A DNA stretch of 64,000 nt from Nemertoderma westbladi. Its lineage: Eukaryota > Animalia > Xenacoelomorpha. The stretch is from contig JAUCBJ010008372.1 in NCBI GenBank assembly GCA_032718475.1, forward strand, positions 1-64,000, in the 5' to 3' direction. The position numbers and the translations under genes were made by a program. Below, piece by piece: positions 53,001-64,000 of this stretch. Within the stretch, counting starts at the first letter, position 1. Each line of letters opens with the position of its first letter. Below the pieces are notes generated by a model. The model was not told where the DNA came from. It saw nothing but the letters and a program-made list of their open reading frames with translations, and ran no database searches.

Positions 53001-53320
53001 AAGGTAGAGAGGTTGCTGTTATAGACGTTACCAATCAAGGTTGAGAGGCTGCTGTTATAGACGTTACCAATCAAGGTTGAGAGGCTGCTGTAATAGATGA
53101 TACCAATCAAGGGAGAGGGGCTGCTGTTATAGACATTACCAATGAAGGTGGAGAGGCTGCTGTTATAGACGTTACCAATCAAGGTTGAGAGGCTGCTGTT
53201 ATAAACGTTACCAATCAAGGTAGAGAGGCTGCAGTTATAGACATTACCAATCAAGATAGAGAGTCTGCTGTTATTGACATTACCAATCAAGGTGGAGAGG
53301 CTGCTGTTATTAACATTACC
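40900..53320 (+). repeat. 36-bp minisatellite (gttatagacattaccaatcaaggtagagaggctgct; VIDITNQGREAA in the Roco frame), roughly 340 units
   Basis: Directly visible. It begins in frame within the Roco ORF (IVDITNQADEVA, IDNTNQGGEAA). Later units contain frameshifts and TGA variants. Confidence 0.97.
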
Positions 53321-54180
53321 CGGATCCACAGCTGGTCAATAAAGTGAAGTGTTATCTTAATAATTCATTGCAGGAATTCCTTAAACAAATTCGAATAAAA
53401 AACATTTCGTTTAGTTTTCATTTAAAATGTCAATGTAATTCAAAATGCGAACAGCACAATGAAATTAACTGTAGAGAAGAAATTGGTTTCCATTTTATTA
53501 AAATATTTAAAAAATTATGAAAATATTTCAGATAATAAAGTCAAATGTAAGTTTCATAAACATATGGAAAGCAACTTAATAAGAGAAAAATATACAGGTG
53601 ATTTAAGTTCACATTGGAAGAAAATAACGTCTAAGGAGAATGAACTTCTAGATAAACTAGAAATATTAGAACTAAACTTATAATTTTCTTAGAAGCTAAG
53701 CGAACTTTGTCTCGGGATGTTTTATCTATAATTAACTCGAAACCAAATGTATTCAGTAAAATAAAGACTTTATTGGAGGCAATAAAATGGGGTACAGAAA
53801 ATAATTACGGAATATTTATTGAAGGATTAAAGGAAACATATCAAACTCATATAGTAAATATTTTAGAGGATAAAACAACAGATGATGATAAAAAGTTTCC
53901 GTTGATACTAACTAAATATAAGTTTGTTTTAGTTAATAGAATCGAACCAAACTTGGTAATAAAATTACTTTGTAGGAAACAAGTGTTTAGGGATTCTATA
54001 GCTGAATCAATCAATAGTAAAGAATCCACATTGGCAAAGAATAATGAACTGGTCAACGCGATAATTAGAAGGTCATTCAACGATTTTCTTACATTCTGTC
54101 AATGTCTGAGAGACACAAATCAGGTTCAAATAGCTGATATCCTGACTACAGCTGTACATAATTTAGATGATTTAGTCTAA
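53320..54180 (+). pseudogene. Diverged duplicate of the Roco COR-end plus CARD-CARD module, frameshifted
   Basis: PDPQLVNKVKCYLNNSLQEFLKQIRIKNISFSFHLKCQCNSKCEQH parallels PDPDIVNKVNHFINTSLKEIITQMRFKNISFDFEIKCECNAKCDQH. Also SSHW, IKWGTENNY, ILTKYK and FCQCLRDTNQ. Frame changes near 53510 and 53680. Confidence 0.85.
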
Positions 54181-54950
54181 ATATAAAAATAATTATATAC
54201 AATTTTCAATGTTTAATTTTGTTACCAACCAGAGATAAATAATGTATTGGATATGATGGGAATATATCCCATAATAATGTTATTTAGCAAGAATGGTAAG
54301 GATAATATTTCATAATTATTTTTTACTTATAATGCCAGTCAGGGCCGGACACACAATTTCTACTAGCATTTTATAGCTATTCGTGTCCGACCTACCATCC
54401 ACTATATTAAATATATAAAATTTAGTGCAATTTCTATTATATTATGGTAAATATACATTCAAGTTAAAGTTTAATGATTATTTTATTAAGTTTTCTCTTT
54501 TATAGATGGAAATACGAATATCTCCTGATCTCGGAATCGTAAACCAGTAAACTGTCAGGCTCTGAACCAAATCAAACAACCGCCTAAATTATAAAACAGA
54601 CTTGAAATCTTTTAGTATCGCCGATCCGATAAGATAACCCCGATTCTGGACTGTAATGAACCGACATGATTTGTTCCTTATCAGATATTCGTCGTAGTCT
54701 GGGAAACCAGGAAATCTGGAAACACAAACCTGGAATCTACTGGAACTCAAATATTAGTGGCTTAAAACGGAGATGTTGGAACCAAATTACTTGGAACACA
54801 ATTATCGAAAACTTCAGAATAAGTTAGTAATAAATTGTTACATGGAATATATCCTACAGTCGGTGTCTCAAAGTGTAATCTGGTATTACCGTTATTTTGA
54901 ATACATTATTAATAAATTATATTATTTCTACTTATTTTATAGGTAGAGCT

Positions 54951-57125
54951 CATAAACTCTATCCACCAACCCATCGGAACCATAATCTCTATTCACCCAC
55001 CCATCAGAACCATAAACTCTATTCACCAACCCATCAGAACCATAAACTCTATCCACCAACCCATCGGAACCATAAACTCTATCCACCAACCCATCGGAAC
55101 CATAAACTCTATCCACGAGCCCATCGGAACTATAAACTCTATCCACCAACCCATCGGAACCATAAACTCTATCCACCAACCCATCGGAACCATAAACTCT
55201 ATCCACGAGCCCATCGGAACTATAAACTCTATCCACCAACCCATCGGAACCATAAACTCTATCCACCAACCCATCGGAACCATAAACTCTATCCACCAAC
55301 CCATCGGAACCATAAACTCTATCCACCAACCCATCGGAAACATAAACTCTATCCACCAACCCATCGGAACCATAAACTCTATCCACCAACCCATCAGAAC
55401 CATAAACTCTATCCACCAACCCATCGGAACCATAAACTCTATCCACCAACCCATCGGAACTATAAACTCTATCCACCAACCCATCGGAACCATAAACTCT
55501 ATCCACTAACCCATCGGAACCATAAACTCTATTCACCAACCCATCAGAACCATAAACTCTATCCACCAACCCATCGGAACCATAAACTCTATCCACCAAC
55601 CCATCGGAACCATAAACTCTATCCACCAACCCATCGGAACGTTAAACTCTATCCACCAACCCATCGGAACCATAATCTCTATTCACCAACCCATCAGAAC
55701 CATAAACTCTATCCACCAACCCATCAGAACCATAAACTCTATTCACCAACCCATCAGAACCATAAACTCTATCCACCAACCCATCGGAACCATAAACTCT
55801 ATCCACCAACCCATCGGAACCATAAACTCTATCCACCAACCCATCGGAACTATAAACTCTATCCACCAACCCATCGGAACCATAAACTCTATCCACCAAC
55901 CCATCGGAACCAAAAACTATATCCACCAACCCATCGGAACCATAAACTCTATCCACCAACCCATCGGAAACATAAACTCTATCCACCAACCCATCGGAAC
56001 CATAAACTCTATCCACCAACCCATCGGAACCATAAACTCTATCCACCAACCCATCGGAACCATAAACTCTATCCACCAACCCATCGGAACTATAAACTCT
56101 ATCCACTAACCCATCGGAACCATAAACTCTATCCACTAACCCATCGGAACCATAAACTCTATCCACCAACCCATCGGAACCATAAACTCTATCCACCAAC
56201 CCATCGGAACCATAAACTCTATCCACCAACCCATCGGAACCATAAACTCTATCCACCAACCCATCGGAACCATAAACTCTATCCACCAACCCATCAGAAC
56301 CATAAACTCTCCCGTAACCCATCGGAACGTTAAACTCTATCCACCAACCCATCGGATCCATAAACTCTATCCACCAACCCATCGGATCCATAAACTCTAT
56401 CCACCAACCCATCAGAACCATAAACTCTATCATCCAACCCATCAGAACCATAAACTCTCCAGTAACCCATCGGAACGTTAAACTCTATCCACCAACCCAT
56501 CGGATCCATAAACTCTATCCACCAACCCATCGGAACCATAAACTCTATCCACCAACCCATCGGAACCATAAACTCTATCCACCAACCCATTGGAACAATA
56601 CACTCTATCCACCAACCCATCGGAACCATAAACTCTATCCACCAACCGATCGGAACCATAAACTCTATCCACCAACCCATCGGAACCATAAACTCTATCC
56701 ACCAACCCATCGGAACCATAAACTCTATCCACCAACCCATCAGAACCATAAAATCTCCAGTAACCCATCGGAACGTTAAACTCTATCCACCAACCCATCG
56801 GATCCATAAACTCTATCCACCAACCCATTGGAACCATAAACTCTATTCACCAACCCATCAGAACCATAAACTCTATCCACAAACCCATCAGAACCATAAA
56901 CTATATTCACCAACCCATCGGAACCATAAACTCTATCCACCAACCCATCGGGAACCATAAACTCTATCCACCAATCCATCGGACTCATAAACTCTGTCCA
57001 GTAACCCATCGGAACCATAAACTCTATCCACCAACCCATCGGAACCATAACCTCTCTCCACCAACCCATCGGAACCATAAACTCTATCCACCAACCCATC
57101 CGAACCATAAACTCTGTCCACTAAA
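54951..57125. repeat. 30-bp minisatellite cataaactctatccaccaacccatcggaac, about 72 units
   Basis: Directly visible. In perfect register to ~56310, more degenerate afterwards. Confidence 0.97.
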
Positions 57126-58214
57126 CCATCTGAGTTATAAGATTCGGCAACTGAACTGGATCTTAATTACTGGTAAGTAATAATTATATGATCTTTTTGC
57201 CTTTGCTTGGTCACAGTGCAAACCTATCATCGAACATTCGTCAATAAACATATTTCTATACATTAAACTATGATATACTAGATATATAGTATATTGCATG
57301 TCACAGTTATATAAATTAAATGAAACTAAAACATGAGTAGACTAGTCTATGTCACTAATACACGTTGTGGGGTCTTCGAGCAGCACGTGTTCAAATGTTC
57401 AATGACTGAACAGCGAATAATTAACAAATTTATGAGAGAATCATTGACCAGCTACCGACAGACCAATATTGTGACATATATTTTAGTTTAATGTTTGATT
57501 CAATTAAAGGCACAAATTAAAAAGGCTACAAATATATAGGGTTGAATAATTAAATTAGTCACCCATTAAAAGGTAGCCAAATATAAGTTGCAATCTATAT
57601 AAATTTTTTAATTCAGTAGTGTGCGTGTGTTGTGTATTGATTCCGTAGATTTCATGTTGAAATAGCGTTCATTAATTTAATTTCTATTTAATTATTCAGG
57701 CATACTAATACACACATTAAATTAGTTCGTGTGTGTTAAGTGTGTAAGATTTGATTGTTTCGTCACGAAACCATTAGGGCTCAGAAACTGACGAATTCTT
57801 TGCGAATTTCGCAAACGTCGCAAACTTCGGGAATTTGTTCTACAATTTTGACTCCTTAAGCAAAAGTGTCCCGAATGAGTTTGTTAACTTTTATTTTTTT
57901 GTGATTTTGAGTGCTTTTTTATATTAGTGAATGTTCTAGAACCGTAGTATTTTTTACTAGCTAGTAATTTTTGGAAATTATTTTGGTCATTAATATATTC
58001 TTCAACAGTTTAACCTGAAATATCATGGACTTTCACATTTTTTATAGTTTCAAAAAAAACTAGCTAGCAAAAAAACACTAGCTATCATAAAAAACATATC
58101 TACTAATGTTGTAGAACTTTCACCAATACCAAAAAAATTAAAAAACTCTAAAAAAAGGATTGGTGAAAAATGGCTGGGGTGTCGACAGGGCGAAGTAGGG
58201 ACCGTCTTGCTTAA

Positions 58215-59399
58215 CCCCTTAGAGCCTAATGACGTCCACTGCACGTCACCATGGACATCACGAGGACGTGCAGTGGACGTCATGCTGGAATACATGTTTT
58301 ATTGGAAGGCTCTTGGAGTAGGTATACTGGTGGATAGTATTAATGACATTTATTGCTCTTCATGGCAAAAAATCCATTCTGTACTGTAGATAGGCTGTAT
58401 TGTAGACTGTATTATTAGTGTTAGGTATATGGCGTAATGCCAACCACAGTACAGTAGTTCAGACTGACAGAGAGACCGACAGACAGACAGAATAGATTTA
58501 TGTAAACGTGTAAACTGACATCAGAAATGAAATCAGCAACCCTTAAAACCCCCATAGCGAGAATGTTGATTAGTTAGTATACTTTCTTAAGTTTTCACAG
58601 ACTGTCTGACAGAAAGACCGACAGCCAGACAGACTAGATTTTATTAAACGTGAAAACTGACATCTAAAATAAAATCAGCACCCATTAAAACCCCCATAAC
58701 GAGAATGTTAGTTAGTTTGTATTCTTTTTTAAGTTTTGACAAACTGACTGGCTGACAGAAAGACCGACAAACAGACAGACTAGATTTATGTAAACCTGAA
58801 AACTGACATCAGAAATGAAATCAGCACCCCTTAAAACCCCCATAGCGAGGATGTTAGTTAATTTGAATTATCTTTTAAGTTTTGACAGACTGACTGACAG
58901 AATGACCGACAGACAGACAGACTAGATTTATGTAAACGTGAAAACTGACATCAGAAATGTAATCAGCACTCCTTAAAACCCCCATAGCGAGAATGTTAGC
59001 GACAAGTTTTTATTAACCATATTTCGTAAGATATATTTTAAAACATTTATTTATTAATAATGCAGATGTATACTGAATAAATGTAAACTGAATAACCAGA
59101 TAACGGAAAGACAAACCGAATTGAAACTTTTAATTACTAATAATAATAATTGTGGTGAGAGGTGATGGAAATCAAGAATATATGTTATGTTATAGAGCAC
59201 GCGTTGGTAGGCACAGGCAAATGAATTGATGTCTGTTGAGATGTATTGAAGGAGCACTATTCCTTCTACTGCACTACTATGTCCTTGTGTACTAGCCTAG
59301 GCACTGGCTTGGTCAAAGACTTTAGCTTGCAGTAATGTAAAACTTCAAGAAAAATTATTGGGCACGGCTGCCCTTGCCATGCCTTAGGCTCTATGGGGG
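58215..59399. mobile_element. Probable degenerate piggyBac-type MITE with internal repeats
   Basis: Left end ttaa|ccccttagagcctaa; right end ttaggctctatgggg(g) is its imperfect reverse complement. The right TTAA is missing. Confidence 0.5.
58460..59000. repeat. ~143-bp tandem repeat, 4 units
   Basis: ctgacaga..gaccgacagacagac..tagattt..aaactgacatcagaaat..aaaacccccatagcgag at about 58464, 58606, 58752 and 58894. Confidence 0.9.
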
Positions 59400-59667
59400 A
59401 GAATGGAATCAGCGTATGAATTTACAATGTTAATTATGTTTAAATCAATTAAAAATACATTTATTAACGCAAATCACTTGAAAAAATAAAAAACTATAAT
59501 GGGATGGGGTACATGGATTCCAGATATCTAATTTCTGTGCAAAATAACTTTAATCGTATGGTGCTAAACAATTAATTTCCATGGAGAGATCGTTCAAAAT
59601 GACCCAACCATACAATTTAGCTGAAGATATTAACTTCGATTATGGCTTCCGACATTCATGGCTTCCG

Positions 59668-59709
59668 ACACACACACACACACACCCCATCACACACACA
59701 CACACACAG
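59668..59709. repeat. Interrupted (CA)n microsatellite
   Basis: Directly visible. Confidence 0.9.
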
Positions 59710-59819
59710 ACTTTTGAGAAACGGCCATAGTATAATTATATCAGTTCGCTGATGGCTCGCCATACGTGTCTCGCCCCACATACTACTAGGACGAGAGAGA
59801 ATGGACTGGACAGTTGAAA

Positions 59820-60012
59820 TGAGATTTTTTCATAGTTGTCGCAATTTCGTTTCTCTCAAGTTCAGTATCCCTTTCAAGTTGGTCTTTATATGTTATAGCC
59901 GGTCGTCCACGCCTACACTTTCCTTGTGATGGTTGCCAGAAAAGCAGATCTGGTATTAAGACCTCATGTTTACTTCTCCAGCAGTGCCCACTGAATCTTA
60001 ATCTGCATTCAC
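59820..60012 (-). mobile_element. RTE-like LINE 3' fragment
   Basis: The minus strand translates as RLRFSGHCWRSKHEVLIPDLLFWQPSQGKCRRGRPAITYKDQLERDT, the typical RTE-clade C-terminus. Confidence 0.8.
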
Positions 60013-60689
60013 GGGGGTTGTGTGTTTGATCAATGTGTTATATGTCATATTGTTGACATATGTTCGTATTGTCATATTGTTGTCCCCAGATGTTATGTTT
60101 ATCATTAATGTTTCATTTTTCTGTTAGAACGACATTTTATTATTCCTTATTTATTTATAGATTAAGAATTTAACCGCAAAAAGAAACACAATTTAGTAAA
60201 TTTAACGAAGGAACTGAGCGATTTTGTGTAACTTAGATGATGATTCGCCATTTACAAACTCCAGTTGGTCGCCACTATCTCAATAAACATTAAAGTAAGT
60301 GTAGCATCCATTCATAAAATAAACACTGACTTTTTTACTTACATCTTTATCTTACAGCACCGGTATTGGTTTCTTCTATTAAATAACAACAGCAGACTAG
60401 TTAGTGTTTATTAAGTTGCACAGAGTTTGTTAAGCTAAGCTGTTAGTTGGATAGCACGCGAACACGAATCTGGGCCGAACTGAACCGAACTGATCGAAAG
60501 TGTGGCGAAATGGACCAAGTGTCTATAGCGATAGTGTTAACCGAAATTCTGTCCATCTTCAGGATTTTATCTCTGTAAATGGATTGTTTTCGGCTGGAAC
60601 TTAGTTCAAGAAGGGGCTGGAAAGCTATGGACTCATAGTGGACCCAGTGGTCACAAGCCCCAGATAGACCATTTTCTGTTTCGTAGGAA

Positions 60690-61620
60690 ATAAAGGAGCT
60701 CTATAAAAGACTGTAATGCTTTTACACTTCGACCCTTCTCCAGTGATCACCGCCTTATTGTGGCTAAGGTAAGACTTAGTCTGCGTGCTAGCAGAACAAC
60801 GAAATCTGCCTTGCCGCGGCATGACTGGTCCTCTCAGTTGCAACAGCCAAGTGTGAGATACAGCTTCACACTACAGCTGAGCAACAGGTATGAGGTTCTT
60901 TCCTCTGAGGCGGCAGATCACTGTGAGGGCTATACTGCCTACACAGAAGCAGTTAAGTTAGCAGCTGCAGAAAAAGTTGCTGTATACCCTCGAAACAGGA
61001 AAAGGGCCCCCTGGACTGACCACAAAATTCAGAAGTGCCGATATGACCTCTATAAGGCGCCGAAAGAGTCCCGACTCAAACAGACAACAGCGGCCAAGAA
61101 TGCAGTTAAGGCTGCATCTAGATCCCCGAACAGGCAGTACTCTGTTAATATGCAGGAGCTAATAAACCAACAGGTTGATGCCATCAATGATTCTGACAAC
61201 AGCAGGCAATCATCCCAGGCATAAAAATTGATCAACTTGCTTACTGGGCGGAAAAGCCAACCAACCACCAAGGTTAATACAGAATCACCAGCCGATCGCC
61301 TCAATGGTTGGAAGGCCCACTTTGAAAAGCTCCTCAATAATGACAGGGTATTGCCTGATAACTTTATAGAAGTAAAAGTGTTTGAGTCTGTACTCCCAGA
61401 TATTCCCATTGGCGATATCTCCTTTGCAGAAGTGAAGGCTGCTGCAAAGAGAAGACAGGCATCTGGCTGTTATCTTTGTTGACTTCTTCAAGGCCTTTGA
61501 TTCAGTCTCTCGCCTATGTATCTTCAGCATACTTTCATTATATGGGATTCCTGATGAAATTATTGCAGCAATCAGATCAGTATACGATGGTTCGACAACG
61601 TTTGTGTCGATCGAGGACCA
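60690..61620 (+). mobile_element. Degraded RTE-like LINE fragment (end of AP endonuclease, linker, partial RT, internal deletion)
   Basis: SDHRLIVAKVRLSL...LSNRYEVL; WKAHFEKLLN; VIFVDFFKAFDSVSR..YGIPDEIIAAIRSVY. Contains stops and frameshifts. Confidence 0.82.
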
Positions 61621-63064
61621 AGGAATATGAGGTGATGCAAGGGCTGAGGGAACATGGGGTGACAGAAGTGGGGGAAAAACCAACAAATGGGGGGGGGGGG
61701 GGGCAGCTGGCAAGTATAACGTGTATCCTTTGGTCAGTCGCCATGTAGGTAGGACTGTGTAATAAGTTTCCCCATAGTTTCCATATATCTGTTGGACAAT
61801 ATTAACTGTGTTCAGTTGGCTATTAATTACTGTGGATGTCGGACGGTATACCACCGTCGAGGTATCTTCTATTGATTGTGCTGTAATTTGTCTACTGGTA
61901 CTTATATATTTATCAGCTATTATTAACAACGATAAACCAATAACTCTTGCATTTTACCAGCCTACGGCCTTCAGCCTTCATAGTCATTATAAACACGGCG
62001 ATGCGTAGGAAACACGACAAGAGATTTACCCGGTCGGGATCCCACGCCAACTCGGATCCCATCACATATTATTATATTATTTATTTATTTACAGAATAAC
62101 CGCGAATCAAAAAAGAAATCCTAATAAAGTAATCCAACCCTCTACAGAAAGAAGTTCAGATGTTGGAACGTCAAACTGTCCTAATTATTCCATTGAAGAT
62201 CAGATCAAATGATTGAATAACATCAGTTCAATTCCGTATCTTACAGAATATTACATTTAGTTACAAAAAATAATTTAGAGTATTTTGTATTAATTTTAAT
62301 TTATGGAATTTTCTAACTCTATTTATATAAAAAATAATAACAAAGATTTATTAGTATTTTCCATAGGGAGAGCTCGCAATGTTTGCTAAAATTAGATATA
62401 AAATAATTAATTTATATCAGATGTAAATACAATAATGATATAAATTTCTTTCAATTTATTTCCATTTTAATTCGTTCTTGGTCGATATTATTCCCATATT
62501 ATCTGTATTGTGTATTCGAGTAATACCTGTGTATCTCCTACGTGTCCCTTTGGTAGACACAAACCTGGACCATCTACTAATAAAACGTTTTAATTATAAC
62601 TCAGAGGTTCCCATTGGTTATATTATTAACCAATCGGTTCTTTAACCAATAATACATTGGTTTACAATGAGTGTAACGGAGTTGGTTCCCATTCAGAACT
62701 ACTATAATGTTATATGTTTATCTAATCTATTCTAATTATCTCGGTCCCACTGTGGCTGGTTGTGGTTTCCCTAAAGTTACCCGACAACCCTATGTCATTG
62801 TACGTCCGTCCGTGTTACTAAACTATCAACTCTGTTTGGACAATCGCACTCCATTCTGCACCCAAAATCACCAGTTCAGCTATTTATATCCTTATAAAGG
62901 TTATATTTAGCATTAATTAATTACAGCGATCAGTGGATTGGTTACAGACTTGTTCAGTAAACCCAGGGGGGTCTGTATTGGATACACAGGGTTCCTTCTC
63001 TATATACTTACATTCCTATATGGAACACTGACATGAAACCAAATCAGATTTTCAGCTGTTGTAA

Positions 63065-63634
63065 TTATTGAAGGATCATTATTGTGAGCTAACCCTATTC
63101 CTTTATATTAATTATTTGTATTTATTGAAGGATCATTATTGTGAGCTAACCCTATTCCTTTATATTAATTATTTGTATTTATTGAAGGATCATTATTGTG
63201 AGCTAACCCTATTCCTTTATATTAATTATTTGTATTTATTGAAGGATCATTATTGTGAGCTAACCCTATTCCTTTATATTAATTATTTGTATTTATTGAA
63301 GGATCATTATTGTGAGCTAACCCTATTCCTTTATATTAATTATTTGTATTTATTGAAGGATCATTATTGTGAGCTAACCCTATTCCTTTATATTAATTAT
63401 TTGTATTTATTGAAGGATCATTATTGTGAGCTAACCCTATTCCTTTATATTAATTATTTGTATTTATTGAAGGATCATTATTGTGAGCTAACCCTATTCC
63501 TTTATATTAATTATTTGTATTTATTGAAGGATCATTATTGTGAGCTAACCCTATTCCTTTATATTAATTATTTGTATTTATTGAAGGATCATTATTGTGA
63601 GCTAACCCTATTCCTTTATATTAATTATTTGTAA
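63065..63634. repeat. 57-bp tandem repeat, 10 essentially identical copies
   Basis: ttattgaaggatcattattgtgagctaaccctattcctttatattaattatttgtat repeated. Confidence 0.97.
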
Positions 63635-63869
63635 TTATTCGGTTTAATTGATGCGATTTAATTGGATTGTGTCCCAGTTATTTATATTTAGTCATAATAA
63701 AGAAATTATGTAAATATTAATAACATCTTAATATATAGAAAGCTATGGGGAGGGGGGGGGGGGGGTGTGGGGTGTAAGTTAGTCTGTTTCATTGGGGAGG
63801 GAGAGGGGGGGGGGGGGGGTACTAAAGACCATAGACCACCCCGTAGAGTCCCTTGTTGTTAGTGAGTGA

Positions 63870-64000
63870 GGGGTCCATGGTCCCCATAATGGAGGCCGCA
63901 TTTCCGACCAGTTTCGGTGGAAGGGTGAGAGCGGGGCTCCTGTGTAACAGAGTGGAGTCTTGCCCCGATCTCCTTCATGAATTCGGATGTTTCAGGGCCG
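63870..64000 (-). mobile_element. 3' end of a second CRE/REL-type non-LTR element (continues beyond the window)
   Basis: The minus strand reads GPETSEFMKEIGARLHSVTQEPRS...GNAASIMGT, the same C-terminal motif family as 3240-4245. Confidence 0.7.

Noticed and set aside
42020-53200. Recurrent in-frame TGA in the 36-bp array as selenocysteine or programmed readthrough
   Set aside because: The array also has frameshifts and a TAG. Spread of mutant units explains the pattern more simply.
41185-53329. Very long minus-strand ORFs (LIGNVYNSSLST repeats, up to 1032 aa)
   Set aside because: They are the antisense frame of a 36-bp repeat that happens to lack stops. The flanking gene is on the plus strand and the ORFs have no unique sequence.
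54897-57121. ORFs in both strands of the 30-bp array (HKLYPPTHRN, VDRVYGSDGL)
   Set aside because: A codon-multiple repeat is open in several frames at once. There is no independent coding evidence, although an AG acceptor at ~54941 means an exon cannot be fully excluded.
58175-58212. Helitron-like 3' end (gggcgaagtagggaccgtcttgct)
   Set aside because: Weak hairpin, no CTAG terminus and no matching 5' end.
63068-63634. 188-aa repetitive ORF
   Set aside because: By-product of the 57-bp repeat, with a non-ATG start.

Overview
AT-rich, repeat-dense eukaryotic (probably invertebrate animal) DNA; no prokaryotic genes, CRISPR array, rRNA or tRNA recognised. (1) A ~12 kb BEL/Pao LTR retrotransposon (7850-19854) has an open gag-protease ORF but lacks the RT, RNase H and integrase core. 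It also has an extra ORF in the env position resembling a DEDDy 3'-5' exonuclease plus zinc knuckles. Each LTR carries six copies of an ~85-nt covarying hairpin with a kink-turn-like core and a UUCG loop. A 26-nt GAAA hairpin occurs three times per LTR and once inside each coding region. (2) A ~17 kb 35-bp minisatellite region (20587-37516) contains two copies of a piggyBac-type non-autonomous element. (3) A large exon of a Roco-family gene (Apaf-1-like winged helix, Roc GTPase, COR, two CARDs) runs into a 12.4 kb 36-bp repeat, followed by a decayed duplicate of its CARD-CARD end. (4) The rest is further minisatellites, MITEs, and fossil CRE-type and RTE-type non-LTR fragments. The best candidate for an undescribed system is the structured-RNA array plus exonuclease cargo of the BEL element. 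All domain calls come from reading motifs by eye; no database search or folding program was run.
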